Assembly: GCA_964432565.1 (NCBI GenBank) | Contig: CAYSOA010000001.1 | Location: 29,630-93,629 of the forward strand | DNA from: an uncultured Bacteriovorax sp. | GTDB taxonomy: Bacteria; Bdellovibrionota; UBA1018 | Direction of reading: 5' to 3' | DNA: 64,000 nt | In this document: positions 53,112-61,761 of the stretch, one piece after another | Layout: every line of letters starts with the position of its first letter | How positions within the stretch are numbered: position 1 is the stretch's first letter | Made by a program: the position numbers and the translations under genes | Notes under the pieces: model-generated | The model's input: the letters and a program-made list of their open reading frames with translations, nothing else | What the model was told of the DNA's origin: nothing | The model's database searches: none

Positions 53112-54512
53112 TCATCCTAAAAGTTGTCCGATCAGGTTGCCGCCTCCGGCGCCGCCGAGGGTCGCCTGAAGGTACTGTCCCTGTCGCTGCATATTCGACA
53201 GCGATCCCTGAAGCCGCGAAAACTGACCGGTGATGTTCTCGATCTTCTTTTCAATATTCCGGGTTTTTCCTTCGATCTGCCGGTCGATCTCATTGATGCG
53301 CTGCTGGATTCCTCGCTCCCGAATTGCAAGAAGTCCGGTGCTTGTTCTGGTGTATCCTTCGAAGGCCCTGGCGATTCGCTGGCCGAAACCGTTCTCTCCG
53401 GTGATGGCCTGGCCCAGCCCATCAAAGTCGCGTTCAAGCTCCTTCTTGAACTTCTCCTCTTTGAAGACGAGAAGCCCGTTCTTCTCGAATTCCACACCGA
53501 TCTGGCCCAGCTGGTAGGTCTTCAGTACATCACCCTCTTCGTCGAGCACGGGCAGGGGCTCATGAATGAGGTTTCGAATCTGAAATTCAATATTCTGCAG
53601 TGAGGTGTCGCCTGCAAAAGTGTTTTTTGTGTCGGTATTCTGGTCGATCTGGTTCTGCTTATTGATGAACTCGAGAACCTTGTTGAGCTCCTCGACCATG
53701 CCCTTCACCTTGCCGGTGACCTTCGTGTAGTCTTCGGTGATCGTCATGGTGAAAGGCGTTCCCGGCTTTGCAGCCTTCAGGCCGACGCTGACGCCGGTGA
53801 GGAAGTCGGGTACCTGGTTTCCTTCGGTCTCGATGGCAAATCCATCGATGTAGATCAGGGAGTTCTGTGCGTCCTTACTTTCTTCCGTGTAGAAATCCTG
53901 TGCGCCATCCAGAAAGTAGAACTCCGGAAAATAGATCGAATCGTCGGCGCCATCCTTCTTGGCGGAGATCAGTAGTCGCCAGGGGTTGTCCGGATCGGTG
54001 CCATCACGAATGACAGAGGCCTTAACTGGCGCTTCCGACTGACGGTTGATCAGGGTTGCGATACCTCGAAGGCTGGCATTCTTCTCTTCGACGAGAACTT
54101 CAGCGGTCTCTCCGTTCTCAAGCTCCATGCGGATGAATCCGATTCCCAGAACGGTTTCATCCGGATCGGGCAGGGCATTTGAGATCACCGAGCTGCGTTT
54201 GGCGAGCTCGGAGATCTCCAGCTCGTACGTTCCCGGCTCGGCTTTCTCCTTGTCGAGAGAGACATCCATGAGTGTTGCACCGTCACCCAGATCGACCTTG
54301 AGTTCTCGAAACTTTCTAAAGTTCGTGAAGTCTGCGATGGACTTGGTGATCCCTGCGAATCGACTCTTGAAGTCCTGAAAGAGCTTGAGGCGCGCTTCTT
54401 CGTTTGCCTTGCGACCTTCGAGCGCCTTGACGGGCTGCTGCTCGGCCTCGATCATGGCCTGTACGGCTTGTTTGAACTGACCACCCCCGACGGGGTCAAA
54501 GCGCAGACCCAT
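53112..54512 (-). CDS. fliD: flagellar filament capping protein FliD
   Basis: FliD N- and C-terminal heptad regions and a 466-aa length match; fliS is adjacent. Confidence 0.7.
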   Translation of the reverse strand: MGLRFDPVGGGQFKQAVQAMIEAEQQPVKALEGRKANEEARLKLFQDFKSRFAGITKSIADFTNFRKFRELKVDLGDGATLMDVSLDKEKAEPGTYELEISELAKRSSVISNALPDPDETVLGIGFIRMELENGETAEVLVEEKNASLRGIATLINRQSEAPVKASVIRDGTDPDNPWRLLISAKKDGADDSIYFPEFYFLDGAQDFYTEESKDAQNSLIYIDGFAIETEGNQVPDFLTGVSVGLKAAKPGTPFTMTITEDYTKVTGKVKGMVEELNKVLEFINKQNQIDQNTDTKNTFAGDTSLQNIEFQIRNLIHEPLPVLDEEGDVLKTYQLGQIGVEFEKNGLLVFKEEKFKKELERDFDGLGQAITGENGFGQRIARAFEGYTRTSTGLLAIRERGIQQRINEIDRQIEGKTRNIEKKIENITGQFSRLQGSLSNMQRQGQYLQATLGGAGGGNLIGQLLG

Positions 54513-54547
54513 TCTTCGTTCAGTATCCTACGGGGAAACTAAAACGT

Positions 54548-56611
54548 TCAATCGGCAGAGCTTGCCGGGCTGGAGGGCGGGTTCCAGGGAACGATACGAG
54601 AGTCCCTGATGGTCAGTGCCTGAAGTTCTCGGGACCAAAGGCCCTCGCGGACGGAGATTTTTCCGGTAATGCCCGAAACGTCACGAATTCGTCGGACACG
54701 CTCGGCCACCTGCATTCGATCCACCTGATTGGTCCTCGCTTCACCCAGGATGATGTCGGATAAGATTGCCGTGGAGTCGTAGGCCACGGCCTCGAGGCTG
54801 GACGGCTCCCTCCCGAAGGCTGCCTTGAATCGGCCGCTGAACTCCCGGATTCGGGCGTGAGGAGCCAGATTGAAGAAGGCATCGAGAAATACTGCGCCCT
54901 CGCCCGACTTTTGAGCGCGCTGAACGAACTCGGGCGAGTTCCAGGCAGAAATTCCGAGGATCTTCACGCTGTCGATGTCCCGATAGGCAAAAGTCGGCAG
55001 GGCAAGACTAGCTGCACGCGGTTCGTCCGGAATGAAGACCGCCTCAAATCTCACGATGGGCGGAAGCGCGAAGTATTGCTCGGTCCTGCGGTTCCGACGC
55101 TTGATCTGGTCTCGCTCACGGTCGGCCGCCAGCTCATCGAGCTCCCGTTTTCGAGCGTCCCGGTAGTGGAGACCGGCAAGGTGATCAATCGCCTTCCTGA
55201 AGTCGGTCTCGCCAGACTCATAGGTTTCGTAGGCGGTGATTTCGCCACCCAGTTCCTCGATCGCGTTCCAGAAGGAATGACTGTATTCCTCTCCGAAGCG
55301 GTCCCTTGGAGCCAGGATCGCAAACCTTTTCAGTCCCATCTTCTGGATGGCGTGTCGCGCGAGCTCATGCGTCTGCATTTCAGGCGTCACGGCCGCCTGG
55401 GTGCTGAATTCGCCGAGGCGACCTGCCTGTTGGGCCAGTGAGATCAGCGGTATGGCCAGTTCTTCGGCTCTTTGGATCACGGCCTCAGCGCCCCTGCTCA
55501 GGATCGGGCCAATGACGGCCGCAACCTTGTGCTCGGAGTGAAGGCGCTCGAGGGAAGCCAGGGCCGTGTCGGCGTCCTGTCCGGCATCTTCGATCACGAG
55601 CTGAATCCGGCGATCAGGCCCCGACCCAAAAATTCCGGTTGCCAGGCTTGCTGCCTGGATAACCCGGTCGCTGATGGTTGCGAATCGTCCTTGTTGTGGA
55701 ACGAGGAGTCCGATGGCGATGTTTCCACTAGTCACGGCGAGGCGCATGGTTCTCAGCAGGGAGGCCGCATCCTGGGACCGGGAACTATCGGGATACTTTT
55801 TGAGGAACTCGCGGAGACGATTTCTGGCCTCGGTCGACGGCCCGCTCGACGCGAGAACCTCTACGGCCCTAAAGGCGATGCGATCCTGGAAGGCGCAGTT
55901 GTCCGCCAGCTTGATGAGAGCCTCGAGCTTCTCTTGAGAGCTGGCTGCGGAGAGCAGCCGATCTACATTGCTGAGGATGGTCTCTTCGGAGAGATTCAGT
56001 TCTTCGCGGCGCTGGTCGAGTTGAATCCAAATGGCAAGGGAATCGGTGGGACGCGAAAGTCTTTCGAGGCATCGGGCGCGAAGAAGGTGGAACTTCAGGC
56101 GGTTGGCAGGGTCAAATGCGTCTGGGGGGACTTGCTCCAGCTCGGCCAATGCATCTTCGGGCCGCCCTGCCTCGACGAGAGCCGCGGCGTGATTGTAGCG
56201 AACATAGTTTTTCCACTTCCGATCTCCGAGCAGGGCGTCCGGTGCGAGAGCAAGGGCCTGCGAGAAGGCGCTGGCCGCTTCATCGGCCTCTCGCGTGAGA
56301 AGCAGGGCAAGACCCTTGAGGTTGAGAACCTCGGGGAGTCTGGAGCTCGAGCGAAACTCCTCCTCGAAGCTTTCGGCAAGGACGATCACACGACGGTACG
56401 AGGACTTCCCGTAGGTTGCCTGGATTTCAGCCAGGAGGGTACTTTCATTGGCCGTCTGGCGGGTTGGTGCGACAGGGCCCGGAGGCGGCAACTCGTGATT
56501 TTGTGGGGCGGCTCGCGACATGGCAAGACAGCTCCCGGCAGAAAACACGAGCGCGAGTCGTTTGAAGAGCACGTGGCCTGAACCCATACTCTTCGTTTTC
56601 CCCCCATTCAC
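54548..56611 (-). CDS. LpoA-like lipoprotein (N-terminal TPR domain + periplasmic-binding-protein type I domain)
   Basis: A signal/lipobox region (ALVFSAGSC), N-terminal TPR-like helices and a C-terminal Leu/Ile/Val-binding-protein-like fold (VAAVIGPILSRGAEAV) are present. The 687-aa length is similar to E. coli LpoA. Confidence 0.45.
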   Translation of the reverse strand: MNGGKTKSMGSGHVLFKRLALVFSAGSCLAMSRAAPQNHELPPPGPVAPTRQTANESTLLAEIQATYGKSSYRRVIVLAESFEEEFRSSSRLPEVLNLKGLALLLTREADEAASAFSQALALAPDALLGDRKWKNYVRYNHAAALVEAGRPEDALAELEQVPPDAFDPANRLKFHLLRARCLERLSRPTDSLAIWIQLDQRREELNLSEETILSNVDRLLSAASSQEKLEALIKLADNCAFQDRIAFRAVEVLASSGPSTEARNRLREFLKKYPDSSRSQDAASLLRTMRLAVTSGNIAIGLLVPQQGRFATISDRVIQAASLATGIFGSGPDRRIQLVIEDAGQDADTALASLERLHSEHKVAAVIGPILSRGAEAVIQRAEELAIPLISLAQQAGRLGEFSTQAAVTPEMQTHELARHAIQKMGLKRFAILAPRDRFGEEYSHSFWNAIEELGGEITAYETYESGETDFRKAIDHLAGLHYRDARKRELDELAADRERDQIKRRNRRTEQYFALPPIVRFEAVFIPDEPRAASLALPTFAYRDIDSVKILGISAWNSPEFVQRAQKSGEGAVFLDAFFNLAPHARIREFSGRFKAAFGREPSSLEAVAYDSTAILSDIILGEARTNQVDRMQVAERVRRIRDVSGITGKISVREGLWSRELQALTIRDSRIVPWNPPSSPASSAD

Positions 56612-56616
56612 GGGGA

Positions 56617-57762
56617 TCAGCCAAAGAAATTTTTAACTTTCTCGAAAAAGCGGTGATGAAGCGGGTGGGATGAGTCTCCACCCAATTCGTCAAATTTCTT
56701 AAGCAGATCCTTTTGTTCGGAGGACAGCTTTGAGGGGGTCTCAAGAATGACTCGAACCAGCTGGTCGCCTCGGCCATGCCGGTCCAGTCTCGAGATGCCC
56801 TTGTGCTTGAGCCGAAAAACCCTGTGAGACTGGGTTCCTGCGGGAACTTTCATGGTGACCCGCCCCTCGAGAGTGGGGACCTCGATCTCGGTCCCGAGCG
56901 CCGCCTGAGTGAAGGTGATCGGAACGTCACACAGGACGTCGAACTCCTCCCGAGTAAAGAAATCGTGCGGCAGGATATTGACGACCACGTAAAGGTCGCC
57001 CGACATGGCGCCACGTTCTCCGGCCTCTCCTTCGCCTGAGAGCTTGAGTTTCTGGCCCGAGTCGATGCCCGCCGGAATTCTCAATGAAATTTGAGTTCGT
57101 TTTTTCGTTTGACCCGTTCCTCGGCAGGAGTTGCAAGGATCCTGAATCATTTCTCCTGAGCCCGAACATCTAGGACAGGGCTGAGAAATGGCGAAAAAAC
57201 CCTGCTGGAAGCTGACTTCTCCTCGTCCTCCGCACTGCGCGCAGGTGACCGGTTTCGTACCGGGTTTTGCTCCCGTCCCGTCGCAGGTCTCGCACGAAAC
57301 AGTCTTGGGAATAGTGATGACCTTTTCAGTTCCGAAGGCCGCTTCTTCGAACGTAATGTCCACAGTCGTGCGGATGTCATTGCCTGGTCGACCTCCCCGC
57401 CGGCGGCCTCGCCCCCGCGGGCCTCCGCCCATCTGTCCAAAGATATCTCCGAAGATGTCACCAAAGATGTCCTGAAATCCACCAGCTCCGCCGCCGAATC
57501 CCTCGAACCCTCCGAACCCGCTGCCGCCTGCCGCGCCCGCGTTGGCGGCGTGGCCGAACTGATCGTACATCTGCTTTTTCTTAGGGTCGGAGAGAACTTC
57601 GTAGGCCTCGGAAAGCTCCTTGAATTTCTCTTCGGCCGCCTTGTCACCCGGGTTCTTGTCAGGATGAAATTGAATGGCGAGCTTCCGGTAGGCCTTCTTC
57701 AGGTCTTCTGGCGAAACATCCCGGGCCACGCCCAGAACTTCATAATAGTCGCGCTTTGCCAT
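56617..57762 (-). CDS. dnaJ: molecular chaperone DnaJ
   Basis: A J domain (DYYEVLGV...HPDKNPGD), a G/F-rich region and four CxxCxGxG zinc-finger repeats are present. A GGAGAG RBS precedes the start. Confidence 0.9.
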   Translation of the reverse strand: MAKRDYYEVLGVARDVSPEDLKKAYRKLAIQFHPDKNPGDKAAEEKFKELSEAYEVLSDPKKKQMYDQFGHAANAGAAGGSGFGGFEGFGGGAGGFQDIFGDIFGDIFGQMGGGPRGRGRRRGGRPGNDIRTTVDITFEEAAFGTEKVITIPKTVSCETCDGTGAKPGTKPVTCAQCGGRGEVSFQQGFFAISQPCPRCSGSGEMIQDPCNSCRGTGQTKKRTQISLRIPAGIDSGQKLKLSGEGEAGERGAMSGDLYVVVNILPHDFFTREEFDVLCDVPITFTQAALGTEIEVPTLEGRVTMKVPAGTQSHRVFRLKHKGISRLDRHGRGDQLVRVILETPSKLSSEQKDLLKKFDELGGDSSHPLHHRFFEKVKNFFG

Positions 57763-57873
57763 TTCGCTCTCCGGTTCGCCCGACTGTGCAGGCTTGGTCA
57801 ACTGTGGCGAAGCGCCAGCCGGGTTTCGGGCCCGCGCTGGCGCTTCAATTTTTGCCTCAATACGAGGAGGAAA

Positions 57874-59805
57874 TCAGACTTCCTTGAAGTCCGCGTCGAT
57901 GACGTCGTCCTTCTTGCCTTCCTTCGTCTCGCCTTCCGCGCCTCCGGCAGCACCGGCATGGCCACCTGCGGCTTCCGCTCCGGCACCTGGCTGGGGTCCG
58001 GCCTGCTTGTACATCTGTTCGGCCATCTTGTTCGAGGCGGCAGTCAGTGCTTCGGTGGCCTTCTTCAGTTCGTCTGCGTCCTTGCTGTCAAGGTGCTTGC
58101 GCGCCTCCACGAGGGCGTCTTCGACCTGTTTCTTCGTGTCGGCTTCGATCTTCTCGCCATTCTCCTTGAGCGTCTTTTCGATCGTGTAGATCAGTCCATC
58201 CAGCGTGTTGTGCGCATTGACGACTTCCTTGCGCTTCTCGTCCTCGGCGCGGTGCTCTTCGGCCTCGCGCTGCATGCGCTTGATCTCTTCTTCCGAGAGA
58301 CCGCCGGCCGCGGTGATCTTGATCGACTGCTCCTTGCCCGTGCCCAGGTCCTTGGCTCCCACGTGCACGATGCCGTTGGCGTCGATATCGAAAGTGACTT
58401 CAACCTGCGGAACGCCCCGAGGTGCCGGCGGAATGCCGACCAAGTCGAAGCGCCCAAGAGACTTGTTGTGCTCTGCGAACTCGCGCTCTCCCTGAAGCAC
58501 ATGGATGGTCACGGCCGACTGATTATCGGCAGCCGTCGAGAACACTTGGGACTTCTTCGAAGGAATGGTGGTGTTCTTCTCGATCAGCTTGGTGAACACG
58601 CCGCCGAGAGTTTCGATCCCGAGAGAAAGCGGGGTCACGTCGAGCAAAAGCACGTCCTTGACGTCGCCCTTCAGCACGCCGCCCTGGATCGCTGCACCGA
58701 CGGCGACCACTTCGTCCGGGTTGACGCCCTTGCTGGGCTCCTTCCCGAAGATCTCCTTCACCTTGGCCTGCACGCGGGGCATGCGGGTCATGCCGCCTAC
58801 CAGGATGACTTCGTCGATCTGGGTCTTCGAGATGCCGGCGTCCTTGATGCAGGTCTCGCAGGGGCCGACCATGTTGTCGATCAGATCGGCGACGAGCGCT
58901 TCAAGCTTCGATCGGGTCAGCTGCAGGTTCATGTGCTTGGGGCCCGATGCGTCCGCGGTGATGAAGGGCAGATTGATGTCGGTGGACATCGTGCCGGAGA
59001 GCTCGTGCTTGGCCTTCTCGGCAGCTTCCTTCAGGCGCTGGAGGGCCATCTTGTCCTTGCGGAGGTCGATCCCGTTTTCCTTTTTGAACTCATCGGCCAT
59101 CCAGTCGATGATCCGCTGGTCGAAGTTCGCGCCGCCCAGGAAGGTATCTCCGTTGGTGGCCTTCACTTCGAACACGCCGTCGCCCATCTCGAGGATGGAG
59201 ACGTCGAAGGTGCCGCCGCCAAGGTCGAAGACGGCAACGGTCATGTTCTTGCCCTTCTTGTCCAGACCGTAGGCAAGGGCGGCAGCCGTGGGCTCGTTGA
59301 TGATGCGCTTCACTTCCAGGCCTGCGATGCGGCCGGCGTCCTTGGTCGCCTGGCGCTGAGCATCGTTGAAGTAGGCAGGCACCGTGACCACGGCCTCGGT
59401 CACGGGTTCGCCGAGATAGTCTTCGGCCGTCTTCTTCATCTTTTGAAGAACCAGAGCTGAGATTTCCTCGGGAGCCATGTCGCGGTCGGCAGTGTGAATC
59501 CAGGCGTCGCCGTTCTTCGAGCCGACGATTTTGAACGGAGCGACCTTGGTGAACTCGTCCACTTCCCGCGAAGTCAGCTTGCGGCCGATCAGGCGTTTGG
59601 CTTCGAAGATCGTGCGGTCGGGGTTGGTCACGGCCTGTCGCTTGGCGGTCTGGCCGACCAGTTTTTCGCCCGAGGCAGTGAAGGCGACGATCGACGGCGT
59701 GGTGTTGGCGCCTTCAGCGTTGGCGATCACCTTGGCATCGCCACCTTCAAGGACGGCAACGCAGGAGTTCGTAGTACCCAAGTCAATTCCAATGATTTTT
59801 CCCAT
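57874..59805 (-). CDS. dnaK: molecular chaperone DnaK (Hsp70)
   Basis: The N-terminus [18 protein letters not shown], Hsp70 signatures throughout and a 643-aa length match DnaK. Confidence 0.95.
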   Translation of the reverse strand: MGKIIGIDLGTTNSCVAVLEGGDAKVIANAEGANTTPSIVAFTASGEKLVGQTAKRQAVTNPDRTIFEAKRLIGRKLTSREVDEFTKVAPFKIVGSKNGDAWIHTADRDMAPEEISALVLQKMKKTAEDYLGEPVTEAVVTVPAYFNDAQRQATKDAGRIAGLEVKRIINEPTAAALAYGLDKKGKNMTVAVFDLGGGTFDVSILEMGDGVFEVKATNGDTFLGGANFDQRIIDWMADEFKKENGIDLRKDKMALQRLKEAAEKAKHELSGTMSTDINLPFITADASGPKHMNLQLTRSKLEALVADLIDNMVGPCETCIKDAGISKTQIDEVILVGGMTRMPRVQAKVKEIFGKEPSKGVNPDEVVAVGAAIQGGVLKGDVKDVLLLDVTPLSLGIETLGGVFTKLIEKNTTIPSKKSQVFSTAADNQSAVTIHVLQGEREFAEHNKSLGRFDLVGIPPAPRGVPQVEVTFDIDANGIVHVGAKDLGTGKEQSIKITAAGGLSEEEIKRMQREAEEHRAEDEKRKEVVNAHNTLDGLIYTIEKTLKENGEKIEADTKKQVEDALVEARKHLDSKDADELKKATEALTAASNKMAEQMYKQAGPQPGAGAEAAGGHAGAAGGAEGETKEGKKDDVIDADFKEV

Positions 59806-59886
59806 TTTCAGTTCCTCAATTCTCTTGCTCTTAAAGTGGGTTTGCTTTCGTTCTTGTCAATTTTGGTCCCGTGAAGGGGTGCAAAA

Positions 59887-60417
59887 TCAGGGGGTTGTCG
59901 CGGCAGGCCCGGAACTTACCACCACGCGTGCGGGCCTCAGCAGACGACCGTGAATCGTGTAGCCTCTCTGGTGCTCCTGGGTGATCGTCCCTGCTGGAGC
60001 GTCTGCGGGCTCCTGGCCGACGGCTTCATGAATGTGGGGGTCGAAGCTCTGACCGGTGGCCGCAACGCTTTCCACACCATGCCGTTGCAGGGTGGACAGC
60101 ATCTGGTCGAGCACCATCTGAATGCCCGCACGGAGGTTCTTGTCGGTGGTTTCGGGAATGTGGTCGACCGCCCGCTGCAGGTTGTCCGCCACTTGGAGGA
60201 GGTCTCTGGCGGCATTTTCAAAGCCGAACTTCACGAGATCGGCCCGCTCCCGAATCGCCCGCTTTTTGAAGTTCTCGAAGTCTGCGTAGAGGTAGACGTA
60301 CCTTTGCTGTTCCGCCTTGAGCTGCTCGCCGAGGTCGGTCGCCTGCGGTTCGGCCGGGACCTCGTGGGACGAAGGCGTCTGGCTGTCGGGCTTCTGGTCG
60401 TGTGGAATGTCGGACAC
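59887..60417 (-). CDS. grpE: nucleotide exchange factor GrpE
   Basis: The 176-aa ORF has a GrpE coiled-coil N-terminus and a C-terminal beta-domain. Its position upstream of dnaK supports the call. Confidence 0.8.
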   Translation of the reverse strand: MSDIPHDQKPDSQTPSSHEVPAEPQATDLGEQLKAEQQRYVYLYADFENFKKRAIRERADLVKFGFENAARDLLQVADNLQRAVDHIPETTDKNLRAGIQMVLDQMLSTLQRHGVESVAATGQSFDPHIHEAVGQEPADAPAGTITQEHQRGYTIHGRLLRPARVVVSSGPAATTP

Positions 60418-60491
60418 GCGGTGGCTCTCCTTACAGGATTTAGGCCCCTTACTATGGGCACGGGTCTGGAGTCGTCAAGTCGCTCCCTGAT

Positions 60492-61694
60492 TTAGGCGAG
60501 CGAGGCAATTACCTGATCCGAAAGGGCAAAGCCTCGAGCCGTCGGGCGCATCCGGGCGGAATCCTCGGGGTGGACTTCGAGAAGGCCCATCTCTTCAAGA
60601 GCTGCTGCGCGGCGGCTCCTGGACTCGTCCGTCAGCCAGGCTCTGGGAAAGCCCTTTGCCAGGCGCAGCGCCAGCATCCATTTTTCGAGTTCAGAGTCGC
60701 TGGGGGCGAGCTGTTCGGTCCATTCAATGGGAAGCTGTCCTTCCTTCAGTAGTCCGGCGTATTTGTGAAGGGACGAAACGTTCTTCCAGCGCCAGCCCGC
60801 CGGGCCCATCGAGGGATCGAAGGCGTGGGCCGACGGGCCTGCCGCCAAATAGCCCTGGCGAGTCCAGTAGGCCAGATTGTGGCGGGCCTGTTTCCCGGGC
60901 TTCGCGAAGTTTGAAATTTCATAGTGTTCGAAGCCCTGTGAGGTCATCCACCGATCGATCAAGAGCAGGTGTTCCAGCTGCTCGTCCTCGTTTGGGAGCT
61001 CCCGATGCATCTTGTGGGATTTCGGAAGCGTCAGCAGATAGCAGCTCAGGTGCGTAATCGGATAACGAGTCAGCGTGTCGAGCGCCACTTCGAGATCCTG
61101 AAGGGTTTGGCGGGGCACCCCGCAAAGCAGGTCGACCGAAACATTCTCGAAGCCGGCTTCAAAGATCGCATCGAGACTTTCGAGCGCTTTGTCTCGCGAA
61201 TGGACGCGTCCTAGCCTGAGCAGCAGGTCGTCCCGAAGCGCCTGAACCCCCATGCTGACGCGGTTTACTCCGAGCGCACGGTATTGCTCGAGGCGGTGAC
61301 GGTCGACCGACGAGGGGTTGGCTTCCATCGTCCATTCGGTGCGTGCCGTGGAGCGAGTCACGCGCCACAGGGGCTCGAGCGCCCTCGCCATCGAATCAGG
61401 GGGCGTCATGCTGGGCGTGCCCCCGCCCATGAAGATCGTCTCGAGCTCGGCGGCAAAGCGGGCTCTGGGCGCCGAGACCTCGTCAGGAGAGTGGTCCGTC
61501 TTCTGTCTGGACGCGCTTAACGGCGCACCTCCGGCGAGAAGTTCCAGTTCTGTGCGCAAAGCAGTCTCGAAGAGCGGGGCGTCGGAGTCCTTCGTTCTTT
61601 CGCGTCCAATCGAATAGAAGTCACAATAATGACACTTCGACTCGCAGAACGGAAAATGGAGGTAGAGGGAGCTGACGCCGTCGGACCTTTGCAT
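60492..61694 (-). CDS. hemW: radical SAM heme chaperone HemW (HemN-like, oxygen-independent coproporphyrinogen oxidase family)
   Basis: A radical-SAM CxxxCxxC motif lies near the N-terminus (LYLHFPFCESKCHYCDF). The start is chosen at MQRSDG; the ORF is open to 61811, but that extension would overlap the divergent peptidase start. Confidence 0.7.
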   Translation of the reverse strand: MQRSDGVSSLYLHFPFCESKCHYCDFYSIGRERTKDSDAPLFETALRTELELLAGGAPLSASRQKTDHSPDEVSAPRARFAAELETIFMGGGTPSMTPPDSMARALEPLWRVTRSTARTEWTMEANPSSVDRHRLEQYRALGVNRVSMGVQALRDDLLLRLGRVHSRDKALESLDAIFEAGFENVSVDLLCGVPRQTLQDLEVALDTLTRYPITHLSCYLLTLPKSHKMHRELPNEDEQLEHLLLIDRWMTSQGFEHYEISNFAKPGKQARHNLAYWTRQGYLAAGPSAHAFDPSMGPAGWRWKNVSSLHKYAGLLKEGQLPIEWTEQLAPSDSELEKWMLALRLAKGFPRAWLTDESRSRRAAALEEMGLLEVHPEDSARMRPTARGFALSDQVIASLA

Positions 61695-61761
61695 GCGCCC
61701 CAGTACTAGCGTGCGAGAAGGGTGGCGGCCACCCTCAAAATGGTCCAGAATCGGAGGCCAC

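Noticed and set aside
59806-60491. Searched for CIRCE/HrcA operator near grpE and dnaK
   Set aside because: No TTAGCACTC-N9-GAGTGCTAA-like inverted repeat was seen, and no hrcA gene is in the window.
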